64,000 nucleotides of DNA from Phycisphaerae bacterium (GCA_039794345.1 JBDIVQ010000003.1:3046-67045), one strand, 5' to 3'. Counted from the first letter of the stretch, positions 1 to 10,186 are shown. Notes: generated by a model from the letters alone, not told the origin. Numbers and translations: made by a program.

Positions 1-243
1 GCATCGCGCGACGGTGGGGGTGGGTGGGTTCCTGTTGGCCGGACATGGGCTGCTCCTTTTTTCAGTGGTGCGGCGGACAGGTGCCGCCGGGACATCCCAG
101 TACTCGCAAAGCGGGGCGTCAAAGGCAACCACTCCCTCCGGAATGACCCTCGAACCAGCCCGGGAAGGTCCGGGAACGCGCCCTTCTCACATCAGTCCAA
201 TCGCCGCCGGCGGGGGATGTCCCTCCGGTCGATCCCCGAGTCA

Positions 244-432
244 GTGCGGAGCCTGAAGGCAACTTGCACCTCGTTCGCAACCTCGACGGGGTATTGTGCG
301 AAAGGACAAAACGTGCAGAATCCCCGCTCTCCTGCCCGAAATGATTCAACTCGCCGGTCCGACGCCCGATCTTCTGAGGGTCGGACCGGCACGTTGCTTG
401 CTGAGCCAGATCAGCAGAGCCGGCCCTCCGCG
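244..432 (+). ncRNA. candidate 6S RNA (ssrS-like); hand-folded only
   Basis: A non-coding stretch of about 190 nt ends 10 nt before the 5-FCL start, matching the classic ssrS-ygfA synteny. GCGGAG (246-251) can pair with CTCCGC (426-431), and GCAAC.TGC (259-268) with GCACGTTGC (389-397). An apical hairpin runs GGGG..TGTGCG / CGTGCA..CCCC (288-325). An extra 10-bp hairpin lies at 354-389. Confidence 0.3.
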
Positions 433-441
433 GCGGCGGAC

Positions 442-1077
442 ATGGAGGCCAGGCGCATGACCGGGCAGGACCGCACCATTCTCCAAGCCAAGCAGGCCCT
501 TCGCGACCAGGTTCGCGCACGACTGAGCGAGATCACTCCCTCGGAACTTTACGGCCTGTCGATCCTCGCCTGCGAGAGCGTCATTGCCTGCGAGGCCTTC
601 CGCCACGCCCGCACGCTCATGATGTATGCCCCGCTGGCGCAGGAAGTTGACGTCTCCCACATCGCCCTGCGCTGCTTTCAGCAGAATCGCACCGTCTGCC
701 TGCCCAAGATCGACTGGGAGCACCGACGCATGTGGCCGGTGCCGGTCAACAGTTTTGACGACTGCTCGCTGGTTCCCGACCGCCACGGCCTGCGGGTGCC
801 CGAGCGGGGCTGCCCGATGCCGATCGAACTGATCGACCTGGTGATCGTGCCGGGGGTGGCGTTCGATTCCGACGGGCATCGGCTCGGCCGGGGCGGGGGG
901 TACTACGACCGGTTTTTGGGCCAGGCGGGCTTCACCGGCCGATGTATGGCCCTGTGCTTTGACTGCCAGATCGTCGATGCCGTCCCGCGCGTCGCCCATG
1001 ATGTGGTCATGGACTACATCGCGACCGAGCGCCGGCTGATCCACGTCGATCCGGCCGTCAGGGGACACCGGTCCTGA
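442..1077 (+). CDS. 5-formyltetrahydrofolate cyclo-ligase
   Basis: Lies in ORF 217..1077. Carries the signature GRGGGYYDR and VPGVAFD. ATG 442 (MEARRM) was chosen because the upstream 75 codons are low-complexity and overlap the putative RNA. Confidence 0.85.
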   Translation: MEARRMTGQDRTILQAKQALRDQVRARLSEITPSELYGLSILACESVIACEAFRHARTLMMYAPLAQEVDVSHIALRCFQQNRTVCLPKIDWEHRRMWPVPVNSFDDCSLVPDRHGLRVPERGCPMPIELIDLVIVPGVAFDSDGHRLGRGGGYYDRFLGQAGFTGRCMALCFDCQIVDAVPRVAHDVVMDYIATERRLIHVDPAVRGHRS

Positions 1078-1188
1078 CCCGCGCCCGCCGCCCGCCTCCC
1101 TCCCAACTCTGACGATTGCGGCTCGGACGGCCCGCTCGGCGACGTACCATCCATCGCACGCCTTTCATCCCGCTTGACGGAGCAGGTC

Positions 1189-2550
1189 ATGGTTCTCGCA
1201 TCGCAGATGGCACGGCCCGGCACCACGCGATCCAACATGTATGCGCGCGGCGGCGCAAAGCGCAACCGCCTCATCGCCATCCTCGTCGGTTCCGCTGTGC
1301 TCGCGCTCGCCGCCTGGTGGTTCTGGCCGAATTCCTCCGGTGCAGGCGAGCGCACCGGCTCCGGCGTCGCGGAGGGGGCGGCTCTCGCGGGCGCCGACGG
1401 CGTGCCGACGGGCCCGGGCGGATTCGACACGCCCTCGCGTGCCGCCGGCGATCCGACAAGTGCGAGCAAAGACCCGCGCGGAAACGGCCGGCAGAACGAG
1501 ACCGCGATGCTGCCGGCGGGGGGCGATCAGGGCTTCGACGAGCCTGTCGAGGCGCCGGCGTCGGATGTCGGCCCCCGGACCGCCGGCGGGGGAGCGCCGC
1601 CCCTCACGATGGGCGAGTCGCCTGTAAAGGCGCCCGTGGAATCGACCACTCAGCCGGTGCAGGAGCCAAACCGGGATTCCGCCGTCGCGCCGGCTTCATC
1701 TCAGTCGCAGACGCAGACGCAGACGCCGTCGCAGTCGCAGACGCCGGCGTCCCCCGCAGCGCCCGTGAGCGAAGTGAATGCCGAAGTGGCGGCCCTGCTG
1801 GATCGGGCTGATCGGGAAATCAATGCCGGCCGCTTCGTCGAAGGCCGCGCCACGCTCAATGAGGCGTTGCAGCATCCGCGCGTCGGCATCGCGGCCGAGC
1901 AGGTCCGCACGCGCCTGGCGGAACTGAACGCGACGATGGTCTTCGGCAAGACGGTGGTGAAGGGCGACCCCTTCGCCGCGACGCACGTGATCAAGTCCGG
2001 CGACCGGCTTGTCTTCATCGCCCGCGATCACGCCGTCGATCACCGCTTCCTCGCGCGCATCAACGGCATGGCGAATCCGGACCAGATCCGCCTCGGCCAG
2101 AGCCTCAAGGTCATCCACGGCCCGTTCCACGTCGAGATCGACAAGAGCGACTTCCGACTGGACGTCTACCTCGGCGACGCGGGATCGAGCGGCCGGACGT
2201 ATGTGCGGTCCTTCTTCGTCGGCCTGGGGGAACTCGGCTCGACGCCGACGGGGCTGTTTCGCGTCAAGGCCAACGGGAAACTCGAAAACCCGGCGTGGAC
2301 CAATCCGCGCACCGGAGAGCACTTCAAGAGCGGCGATCCGAACAACCCCATCGGGAAGTTCTGGATCGGACTCGAAGGCATCGACGAACGAACGAAACTG
2401 CTCGACGGCTACGGCCTTCACGGCACCATCGAGCCCAAGTCGATCGGCCGGCAGATGTCCATGGGATGCGTGCGCCTCTACGACGATGACATCGCCCTGC
2501 TCTACGCGATGCTGGCGCCGGAGAAGAGCACGGTGGTGATTCGGGATTGA
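1189..2550 (+). CDS. LysM domain-containing L,D-transpeptidase (YkuD family)
   Basis: N-terminal TM segment followed by a Pro/Gln-rich linker. LysM-like HVIKSGDRLVFIARDH...LGQSLKV. YkuD catalytic motif HGT...SMGCVRL. GGAG lies 8 nt before ATG 1189; the track start at 1174 is TTG. Confidence 0.85.
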   Translation: MVLASQMARPGTTRSNMYARGGAKRNRLIAILVGSAVLALAAWWFWPNSSGAGERTGSGVAEGAALAGADGVPTGPGGFDTPSRAAGDPTSASKDPRGNGRQNETAMLPAGGDQGFDEPVEAPASDVGPRTAGGGAPPLTMGESPVKAPVESTTQPVQEPNRDSAVAPASSQSQTQTQTPSQSQTPASPAAPVSEVNAEVAALLDRADREINAGRFVEGRATLNEALQHPRVGIAAEQVRTRLAELNATMVFGKTVVKGDPFAATHVIKSGDRLVFIARDHAVDHRFLARINGMANPDQIRLGQSLKVIHGPFHVEIDKSDFRLDVYLGDAGSSGRTYVRSFFVGLGELGSTPTGLFRVKANGKLENPAWTNPRTGEHFKSGDPNNPIGKFWIGLEGIDERTKLLDGYGLHGTIEPKSIGRQMSMGCVRLYDDDIALLYAMLAPEKSTVVIRD

Positions 2551-2769
2551 TCGCGACGCGGGCTCGCGATCGACGAGCGGCGATTCGTTCGCAGAATGCA
2601 ATTACTCATCCCCGGCACGGGAGTGCCGGGGATTTGCGGCACGCAATGGCGTGTCTCCGAATCCCAGTGGAATGGACAAGTCGTGGTGCGCGCTCGCCGG
2701 TATACCCTATCAGTCCGGCGCGGCGCGCGCCGCGGGCGGGGCGGGGCGGATCTGCAAGGAGCGAATCCC

Positions 2770-3717
2770 TTGGACGCAGCGATCGAAATCCACGGCGTCA
2801 CCAAGACCTTCGGCGAGAAGACCGCCGTCGATGACCTTGACCTCGTCGTCCCCACGGGCAGCCTGTGCGGCTTCCTCGGGCCCAACGGCGCGGGAAAGTC
2901 CACCACCATCCGCATGGTGATGTCCATCTTCCTTCCCGATCGGGGGTCGATCTCCGTGCTCGGCCGGCCCTCGGCCGTCGAGAGCAAGGACCGCATCGGC
3001 TACCTCCCGGAGGAGCGCGGCGTGTACCGCAAGATGCGCGTCGGCGAGTTCCTCACCTACATGGCCCGCCTCAAGGGCGTGGACGCCGGCGAAGCCAGAC
3101 GCCGCGCCGAGAACTGGCTCGAGCGCGTCGATCTCTCCGACGTCTTCAGGAAGCGCTGCGAGGAACTCAGCAAGGGCATGAACCAGAAGGTGCAGGTTGT
3201 GGCCTCCATCATCCACAACCCCGACCTCATCATCCTCGACGAACCTTTCACCGGCCTCGACCCCGTCAACACAAAGATGGCGCGCGAACTGATTCACGAA
3301 CTGAACGGGCAGGGCAGGACGATCATCTTCTCGACGCACGTCCTCTTCCAGGCCGAGCAGATCTGCGACCGCATCTTCATGATCCACAAGGGCCGCAAGG
3401 TGCTCGACGACACGATCGAGAGCATCCGCCGGCGCTTCGACCCGCGGACGATTCTCGCGCGCCCGGCGGAGGGGGACGGCGCCTTCCGCCCGATGGACTT
3501 TGACGGCGTGGTGCGCGCCGAGAAGCGCCGCGACGAGTACGAGGTCTACCTGCGCGAGGACGCCGATCCGACGACGGTCATGCGGGCGATGATGAACGCG
3601 GCCGACCTGCGCAAGATCGAGTTGCGCCAGCCGAGCCTCGAGGACGTCTTCGTCCGCCTCGTCGAGGGGACGCGCATCAGCGAGTCGGGCGCGGTGGAAG
3701 TGGTCGAGGCGGCGTGA
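2770..3717 (+). CDS. ABC transporter ATP-binding protein
   Basis: Walker A GPNGAGKST, signature LSKGMNQK, Walker B LIILDEP. A TTG start at 2770 is preceded by AAGGAG. The longer track ORF from 2596 is Arg-rich and unlikely to be real. Confidence 0.8.
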   Translation: MDAAIEIHGVTKTFGEKTAVDDLDLVVPTGSLCGFLGPNGAGKSTTIRMVMSIFLPDRGSISVLGRPSAVESKDRIGYLPEERGVYRKMRVGEFLTYMARLKGVDAGEARRRAENWLERVDLSDVFRKRCEELSKGMNQKVQVVASIIHNPDLIILDEPFTGLDPVNTKMARELIHELNGQGRTIIFSTHVLFQAEQICDRIFMIHKGRKVLDDTIESIRRRFDPRTILARPAEGDGAFRPMDFDGVVRAEKRRDEYEVYLREDADPTTVMRAMMNAADLRKIELRQPSLEDVFVRLVEGTRISESGAVEVVEAA

Positions 3718-3768
3718 GTCGGCGGCGGGGCGGCGAACCAGCGGAACGCAAGCAGGGAACCAGATCAC

Positions 3769-5268
3769 ATGAACAGCAAGACCTTCCTCGTCGGACTTCG
3801 CGAATACCGGTCAACGGTGATGACCAAGGCCTTCATCCTCGGCGCCATCGTGCTGCCGCTGGTCATCTGGGGCCTGGCGATCGCGATTCCTCTGCTCATC
3901 AAGGACGAAATCCCCGTCATGGAGGGCAAGGTCGTCGTCGTGGACGAGACGGAGATGGTCGCGCCGATGTTCATCAGCCAGTTGACGCCCGAATTCCTGA
4001 AGACGCAGCAGGAGCAACTGGCGGATATCGACATTGACGCGTACCTCGAGAAGACCACCGCGGCGCTGGGATCCAAGGCCGAGTTCGCCCGGCCTCTCGT
4101 GCTGGCGCAGGGGCGGCGGGCCATCGAGAAGATGAAGAACCAGCCGCTGCATCAGTTGACCTTCGAGAACATCACGCCGCCATCCTCGGCAGACATCGAG
4201 CAACTCAAGGAGCAGGTGCGCGCCGGCGAGATTCTCGCCGTCATCCACGTCAAGGCCGATGCCCTCACGCACATCAGCCCCTGGCTTACGGGGTTCATCC
4301 GGGGCGCGGCCTCGGGCGCGATCGGCCGAGGCGCCGCCCCCGCCGAGGCGCCTTCCGGGGAAGCCCCCGAGGAAAAGACGAAGGAGGAGCCGCGCGCCGT
4401 CATCTACACCGGCCGGACCATGCACGTGGACAACTCCGGCCTGCTCAGCGAGCGCCTCGCCGGCGCCATCGTGGCGATGAGGATGATCACCCAGGAGGTC
4501 GATGCCCTCAAGGCGCAGGTGGCCATGACGCCCCCCGACATCTCGGTGCGCAACGTGACGGAGACGGGGGAGATCGAGTCCAGCGAAGTGTCGAACATGC
4601 TCGTCCCCCTCGCCTTCATGATGCTCCTGTGGATCAGCACCTTCACCGGCGGGCAGTACCTGCTCACCACCACGATCGAGGAGAAGTCGAGCAAAGTGAT
4701 CGAAGTGCTCCTCAGCGCCACGTCGCCCATGCAACTCATGACGGGCAAGATTCTCGGGCAGGGAGCGGTGGCGCTGACGATGCTGCTGTTCTACGCGGCG
4801 ATGGGAATCGGGGCCCTGCGGCAGTTCGATCTCGAGCATCTCATCGAGCCTGCGAAGATGCTGCTCGTCGCTCCCTACTTCATCATGGCGTTCTTCTTCA
4901 TCGCCTGCATGATGGCGTCGATCGGCTCGGCCGTCAACGAGATGCGCGAGGCGCAGGCGCTGATGGGGCCGGTCATGATGATCGTCATGCTCCCCCTGCT
5001 CGCGTGGATGCCGATCGTCAAAAGCCCGAACGGGTCCTTCGCCACGATCGCGAGTTTCGTCCCGCCCATCACCCCGTTCGTCATGGCCCTGCGCCTCGGG
5101 ACGAACCAGGTCATTCCCATCTGGCAGATCGCCGCGACGCTCGTGCTCGGCTTTGCGGCGATGCTTTTGTTCATCTGGCTCACCGCCAAGATCTTCCGCA
5201 TCGGCATCCTCATGCACGGCAAGGCGCCGAACTTCATGACGCTGATGCGCTGGGTGCGCCAGGCGTAA
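3769..5268 (+). CDS. ABC-2 type transporter permease
   Basis: Follows the ATPase gene by 51 nt. Has an N-terminal TM segment, a large extracytoplasmic loop and a C-terminal cluster of about 5 TM helices (ABC-2 architecture). Confidence 0.75.
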   Translation: MNSKTFLVGLREYRSTVMTKAFILGAIVLPLVIWGLAIAIPLLIKDEIPVMEGKVVVVDETEMVAPMFISQLTPEFLKTQQEQLADIDIDAYLEKTTAALGSKAEFARPLVLAQGRRAIEKMKNQPLHQLTFENITPPSSADIEQLKEQVRAGEILAVIHVKADALTHISPWLTGFIRGAASGAIGRGAAPAEAPSGEAPEEKTKEEPRAVIYTGRTMHVDNSGLLSERLAGAIVAMRMITQEVDALKAQVAMTPPDISVRNVTETGEIESSEVSNMLVPLAFMMLLWISTFTGGQYLLTTTIEEKSSKVIEVLLSATSPMQLMTGKILGQGAVALTMLLFYAAMGIGALRQFDLEHLIEPAKMLLVAPYFIMAFFFIACMMASIGSAVNEMREAQALMGPVMMIVMLPLLAWMPIVKSPNGSFATIASFVPPITPFVMALRLGTNQVIPIWQIAATLVLGFAAMLLFIWLTAKIFRIGILMHGKAPNFMTLMRWVRQA

Positions 5269-5295
5269 CGCCGCTTGCGGCATCGCGAGATCGCC

Positions 5296-6651
5296 TCACG
5301 ACTCCGCGTCCTCCGCCTCGTCTACTTCCGCATCCGTCTCCGCTTCGCGGGCGCGGCGGGTCATGGTGTGCAGCCGCCAGAACATCACGATCGCCGCGAT
5401 GGCGCTGAACGCCGCGCACACGAGAAACGACCGGTTCGCCTCCTCCATCAGCGCCCGCGAGATCCACGTGACCCCCGCGCCGACACTCATGAAGATGTTG
5501 GACATGGCATTGGCTGCTCCAAGGTACCTCCCGCGCGCCTCGTCCGGCGCCAACTCCTGGAGCAGCGCCTGGAGCGGCACGAGATACAGCCCCGCCGAAA
5601 TCCCCGCGCCGCCAAGGAAAAAGGCCACGTTGGACCTGTTCGGTGGGACGACCCCCAGCAGCAGCAGAAACACCGTCAGCCCCACTGCCCCCGCCGGCAC
5701 GAGTCGCGGCTCAATCCGATCGCCCGACAGCAGACCCGCCAGCGCGCTGCCCACCCCGATCGACACCGCCAGCACGCCCAGCAGATACGACGCCTCGGTG
5801 TAGGAGATGTTGAGCAGACCCTTGTACTCGGGCACGAGCAGGATCGACATCATCCCGATCAGATAAAAGTACGACCACGAAACCGCGACGAGCAGGATCG
5901 GGCCCTTGGCCATCTCGCGCACCGAGTGCCAGTAGGTCGTGAAGGGGTTGAAGTCGAAGCGCAGCCGCTCGTTCTGCGACTTCAGACGCGGCAGGAACAT
6001 GACCGCAACGACGCCCGCGAGGGCGAAGGCGACCATCACCGCAAAAGGCAGCCAGTGCACCGCCTCGGCCATCGTCCCATCCGCGCGCGGCTTGCTGGGA
6101 AAAAAGCGGTCGCTTACCGGGCCGGCGATCATTGTGCCCACGATGATCGCGATGTTGGTGAGCATGTTGATCATGCCGTTGGCGCGGCTGAGTTCCGCGG
6201 TCTTCACCAGTTCCGGGATCATCCCGTACTTCGCCGGGCTGAAGACGGTGCTCTGGATCGACATGAAGATGAAGGCGATGAGGGTGAGGTAGAGTTGCCC
6301 CATCCACAGCCCGATCCCCGCGATCGCGACGATGGGAATCTCCGCGATCTTCATCCATACCGCGACGCGCTGCTTGCTGATGCGGTCGTTGAGTTGGCCC
6401 GCGTAGCCCGAAAGGAGCACGAACGGCAGCGTCAGGCACAGGGCGATGATCGACTGCCCGCCGCGCCCCAGCGCCTCGCGCCACAGGCCCTCGGTGACCA
6501 TGAAGATGAGCACCTGCTTGAGGATGTTGTCGTTGGCCGCCCCGAGGAACTGGGTGGTGAGCAGAGAAGAGAAGCCCTGCCCGAGGAGGTTGCGCCCGTT
6601 GCGGCTTCTTCGGCCCGTGCGTTCACGAGGTTGCCCGCCACGTCCACCCAT
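5296..6651 (-). CDS. MFS transporter (LplT-like)
   Basis: Polytopic membrane protein. N-terminus FSSLLTTQFLGAANDNILKQ is typical of the LplT/MFS_1 type. Start taken at M31 (CAT 6649-6651), because the longer version overlaps a REP-like repeat. Confidence 0.7.
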   Translation of the reverse strand: MGGRGGQPRERTGRRSRNGRNLLGQGFSSLLTTQFLGAANDNILKQVLIFMVTEGLWREALGRGGQSIIALCLTLPFVLLSGYAGQLNDRISKQRVAVWMKIAEIPIVAIAGIGLWMGQLYLTLIAFIFMSIQSTVFSPAKYGMIPELVKTAELSRANGMINMLTNIAIIVGTMIAGPVSDRFFPSKPRADGTMAEAVHWLPFAVMVAFALAGVVAVMFLPRLKSQNERLRFDFNPFTTYWHSVREMAKGPILLVAVSWSYFYLIGMMSILLVPEYKGLLNISYTEASYLLGVLAVSIGVGSALAGLLSGDRIEPRLVPAGAVGLTVFLLLLGVVPPNRSNVAFFLGGAGISAGLYLVPLQALLQELAPDEARGRYLGAANAMSNIFMSVGAGVTWISRALMEEANRSFLVCAAFSAIAAIVMFWRLHTMTRRAREAETDAEVDEAEDAES

Positions 6652-6733
6652 GATGGCGTGAGGGTATGGGGGTGGATGGGTCGGGGCGCGGTTGCCGCCC
6701 GCCTCGCGAACACGTCGGGAATGCACTTGGGCC

Positions 6734-6934
6734 GGCCGCAAAGAGGCACAAAGGGCGCCAACCGGGTGCGGCGGCGAACGCCGCGGCGCGCGAGGTCAAT
6801 CCTGCCGACCACTCAGCGTGGACGGCGCACTCGCAACGATCGCTCGACTCAATCGGCGCCGAACGAATCAATCCTCACTCGGCAGCGCGACCGCACGAGG
6901 ATCCTGTCTGTGACTTGTGTGCCTCTTCGCGGCC
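6734..6934. repeat. REP-like inverted pair (GGCCGCAAAGAGGCACA...)
   Basis: 6734-6758 GGCCGCAAAGAGGCACAAAGGGCGC faces the reverse complement of 6910-6934 (GGCCGCGAAGAGGCACACAAGTCAC). The same motif family recurs at 60426-60564. Confidence 0.6.
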
Positions 6935-7131
6935 ATCCCATCCCGACCGCGCCGGGGGCGCGGGGGCTCAGAGCCTGGGTGCCGTGGTCCGGAGGGAGGC
7001 TCTGCGACCGGAGGGCCACGCTGTCGCGCGGACGGACGATCACACTGCTTCGATCATCGATCGCGCATCTGCGTGGCCCGCGCTCCCGGAGCGTCGCTCG
7101 ACCACGGCACCCTGAGTTGCCATGCCGCCTC

Positions 7132-7377
7132 TCAGAGCGTCGCGTCGGTGTAGGGGAGCAGGCCGAGGTAGCGGGCCCGCTTGATCGCCTGGGCGATCAT
7201 CCGCTGCTCGCGGGCGCCGACGCCGATGCGCTTGCGCGAATACACCTTGCCGTTGGGGCTCATGAGGCGTCGGAGTTCATCGACGTCCTTGTAGTCCACG
7301 TACATCTTGCCCTTGGCGGACTTCTTGGCGATCTTGCTGGTGCGGAGCGGGGGGGGCTGTTCGACGTTGCGGGCCAT
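7132..7377 (-). CDS. rpsR: 30S ribosomal protein S18
   Basis: The 81-aa C-terminal part of ORF 7132..7779 reads MARNVEQ...YVDYKDVDELRRLMSPNGKVYSRKRIGVGAREQRMIAQAIKRARYLGLLPY. CAT at 7375-7377. Confidence 0.9.
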   Translation of the reverse strand: MARNVEQPPPLRTSKIAKKSAKGKMYVDYKDVDELRRLMSPNGKVYSRKRIGVGAREQRMIAQAIKRARYLGLLPYTDATL

Positions 7378-7621
7378 GAAAGCGGATCCTCTCGTGTCTC
7401 GGGTACCGGCGGAAGCGGCCGCGCCGCGATCAGTCCGCCGAAGCAGCCCCGGACCGGGCCGGGGCGACACATGGACAGCGGGTAGTCTAGGACCGGCCGG
7501 GCCGGGCGGCAAGAACGCCGCATCACCGGCGGCGGCCGGCGTTGCTAGAGTGGGCTGGGCCGCAGCCGGCCGGCCGGACCAGTCGCCCGGCCCCCGGCGC
7601 GGCATCAAGGAGTGCGTGGCG

Positions 7622-10186
7622 ATGCAGGAAGTGTGGATGAACCGGAGTCGATTGAGTCTTCTCACCCTCACGGCCGCCATCCTCGTGGCGGCGGGCGCAG
7701 CGCGGGCAAGTTGCGCGTCGAATCGCGCCCACGGAGGCGCCGCGCCCGAGGAGGCCGCCTCTGCGAACGCCGACGTCACGACTCCCTCGCAGCACCTCGG
7801 CCGTCCCCTTGGCGCCGACTTCCATCTCGCCGACTGGAACGAAGTCAGTTCCTACTTCATCCGACTCGACGCCGAAAGCCCGAACGCGATCACGAAGAAG
7901 ATCGGCACGACGACGGAGGGTCGCGACTTTCTCATCACCATCATCTCGAGCGAGGCCAACCTCGCGCGCCTCGAGGAGATCAAGGCCCACGCGCAGACCC
8001 TCGCCGACCCGCGCGGCCGCAGCGAGGCGGAGATCGACGCCGCCGTCAACAACGGCCGTCTGATCCTCTTCATCTCCACCGCCATGCACTCGAACGAGTG
8101 CGCCGGCGCGCAGTTCGGCATGGAGTTCGCCCACACCCTTGCGACGTCGAATGAAGAGCCGTGGAAAAGCGCCCGCGAGAAGATGGTCGTCGTCCTCTAC
8201 GTGACGAATCCCGACGGCGTTGATCACGTGACGAACTGGTATCGGGAGACGGTCGGCACGCCGCACGAAGCCTCGGACCTGCTCAAGTTGTATCAGTACT
8301 ACAGCGGGCACGACAACAACCGCGACTGGTTCATGCTCACGCAGAAGGAGACGCGCCTCGTCACGCAGATGCTCTACACCGAGTGGTTCCCGCAGATCTA
8401 CTGGGATGTGCATCAGCAGGGCTCGAACACCGAGCGCCTCTTCGTGCCGCCGTACCGCGATCCGCTCAATCCGAATCTCGATCCGAACATCATCACGGGG
8501 ATTGACGCCCTCGGCAGCCGGGCGCTTCTCGACCTGACGCGCGCCGGCTTCACCGGCGTCTCATCCGGCGTCTCGTATGACATGTGGTGGAACGGGGGCA
8601 ACCGCAACGTGCCGGTGCGGCACAACATCATCGGCATCCTCACCGAGGCGGCCTCGGCCGACCTCGCCACGCCGATCTTCCTGCCGATCACGCGCCTGCG
8701 CTCGCCCACCGGCGCCGCGGAGTACATCGCGTCAAACCGCTTCCCGATGCCCTGGCCCGGCGGGTGGTGGCGCCTGCGCGACATCATCGATTACGAGATG
8801 GCCTTCGGGCGGTCATTGCTCGGCAGTCTCACGCGCGAGCCGGCGTTCTGGATGCGCAATGCCGCGGATGCCGCGCAGCGCACCATCGCCGCCCCCGTCG
8901 AGGGCGCGCCGCGCGCCTGGATCATTCCCAGCGACAACCGCGACCCCGACGCCGTGGCGCGCTTCGTCGATGTCCTTCTCGCCACCGGCGTCGAGATTCA
9001 CGTGAGCGATGAGGCGCTCGAAGCCGACGGCCGCACCTGGCCCGCCGGCTCGATCGTCATCCAGCGGCAGCAGCCCTACGGCACGCACGTCAAAGACCTC
9101 ATGGAGGTGCAGCGCTACCCCGAAGGCGATCCGCCCTACGACGTCGCAGGCTGGACGCTGCCCTATCTCCTCGGCGTGCGGCGCGTCGAGGTCATGCAGA
9201 CGATCGAATCCCCGCTGCGCCGGGTGAGCAAGGCGGGAGAAGCAACGCTGAAGTTCAGAGGCGATCCTCGCACATCACGCGGGGAGGGTCTGGCGTCCTC
9301 GCATCACAGCCGAACGTGGACAGCATTGGCGAAGTCCATCTCTCAGGGCCAGAAGTGGCAACTGATAACCAGCGGCGAAAATGCCGGCGTGTTCTGTGTG
9401 GACGACGGCTCGGGACTGGAGGGGGTGTCGTCAATCAAAATGGATCGTCTCCCGCGCCTCGGCCTCTACGCCCCGTGGTCGGGGAGCATGGATGAAGGCT
9501 GGATGCGCTGGGTGCTCGACACGTGGGAGATTCCCTACGTTTCCGTGCGCAACGAGATGATCCGCGCCGGCAACCTCCACGACTTTCTCGATGTGCTCAT
9601 CATCACCGACCTCGGCTCGCGCACACTCGACGACGGCCGCACGCCCGGCACGATTCCCGAGGAGTTCACGCGCGGCCTGGCGCCCGAGGGGGCCGTCGCG
9701 GTCGAAGAGTTCGTCCGTCGCGGGGGCACGCTCATCACCTTCGCGAGTTCCAGCCAGTGGGCCATCGACCTGATGAAACTGCCGGTCGTCGATGTGACGC
9801 GCGGCTCAGAGGCGCACAACTTCTCCTGCCCCGGAAGCGTCCTGCGCGGCATCGCCGAGCCGCACGACCTGACCGTCGGCCTGCCGGACTCGATCGCCCT
9901 CTTCTTCTCGCGCTCGGCCGCCTACCGCGTCATGACCGACAAGGAGCAGCGCGACGCCGGGGCCGTGACGATACCGCGCACGCATGTCCTTCTTCGTTAT
10001 GCGCCGACGCGCGTGCTGCTGTCGGGGTGGATCAGAGAGCCGAAGGTGATCGAGAACCAGGCGGCCTGGGTGCGCGTCGAGCACGGCGCCGGCCGCGTCC
10101 ATCTCTTCGGATTCCGCCCGCAGTACCGAGGCTGGTCGCAGGGGACCTTCCCGCTCATCTTCCGCGCAGCGCTGCTGGATCGGTGA
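7622..10186 (+). CDS. secreted M14-family zinc carboxypeptidase-like protein
   Basis: AAGGAG lies 9 nt upstream of ATG 7622. Signal peptide MNRSRLSLLTLTAAILVAAGAARA. Zn motif HSNE(C)AG and VTNPDGVDH. Confidence 0.75.
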   Translation: MQEVWMNRSRLSLLTLTAAILVAAGAARASCASNRAHGGAAPEEAASANADVTTPSQHLGRPLGADFHLADWNEVSSYFIRLDAESPNAITKKIGTTTEGRDFLITIISSEANLARLEEIKAHAQTLADPRGRSEAEIDAAVNNGRLILFISTAMHSNECAGAQFGMEFAHTLATSNEEPWKSAREKMVVVLYVTNPDGVDHVTNWYRETVGTPHEASDLLKLYQYYSGHDNNRDWFMLTQKETRLVTQMLYTEWFPQIYWDVHQQGSNTERLFVPPYRDPLNPNLDPNIITGIDALGSRALLDLTRAGFTGVSSGVSYDMWWNGGNRNVPVRHNIIGILTEAASADLATPIFLPITRLRSPTGAAEYIASNRFPMPWPGGWWRLRDIIDYEMAFGRSLLGSLTREPAFWMRNAADAAQRTIAAPVEGAPRAWIIPSDNRDPDAVARFVDVLLATGVEIHVSDEALEADGRTWPAGSIVIQRQQPYGTHVKDLMEVQRYPEGDPPYDVAGWTLPYLLGVRRVEVMQTIESPLRRVSKAGEATLKFRGDPRTSRGEGLASSHHSRTWTALAKSISQGQKWQLITSGENAGVFCVDDGSGLEGVSSIKMDRLPRLGLYAPWSGSMDEGWMRWVLDTWEIPYVSVRNEMIRAGNLHDFLDVLIITDLGSRTLDDGRTPGTIPEEFTRGLAPEGAVAVEEFVRRGGTLITFASSSQWAIDLMKLPVVDVTRGSEAHNFSCPGSVLRGIAEPHDLTVGLPDSIALFFSRSAAYRVMTDKEQRDAGAVTIPRTHVLLRYAPTRVLLSGWIREPKVIENQAAWVRVEHGAGRVHLFGFRPQYRGWSQGTFPLIFRAALLDR

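Noticed and set aside
217-441. N-terminal 75 codons of ORF 217..1077
   Set aside because: The segment is low-complexity Ser/Arg/Thr sequence with no counterpart in 5-FCL proteins. The region is better explained as an upstream RNA or leader.
1696-1745. CAGTCG/CAGACG hexanucleotide tandem array
   Set aside because: It is in-frame coding low-complexity linker (SQSQTQTQTPSQSQTP) of the L,D-transpeptidase. It is not a CRISPR array or a regulatory repeat.
2710-5283. Minus-strand ORFs 2710..3768 and 3811..5283
   Set aside because: They are antisense shadows of the ABC ATPase and permease genes and have no motifs.
5275-7485. 736-aa plus-strand ORF
   Set aside because: It is antisense to the MFS transporter and to rpsR, both of which have clear motifs. 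It is extremely Arg/His/Pro-rich.
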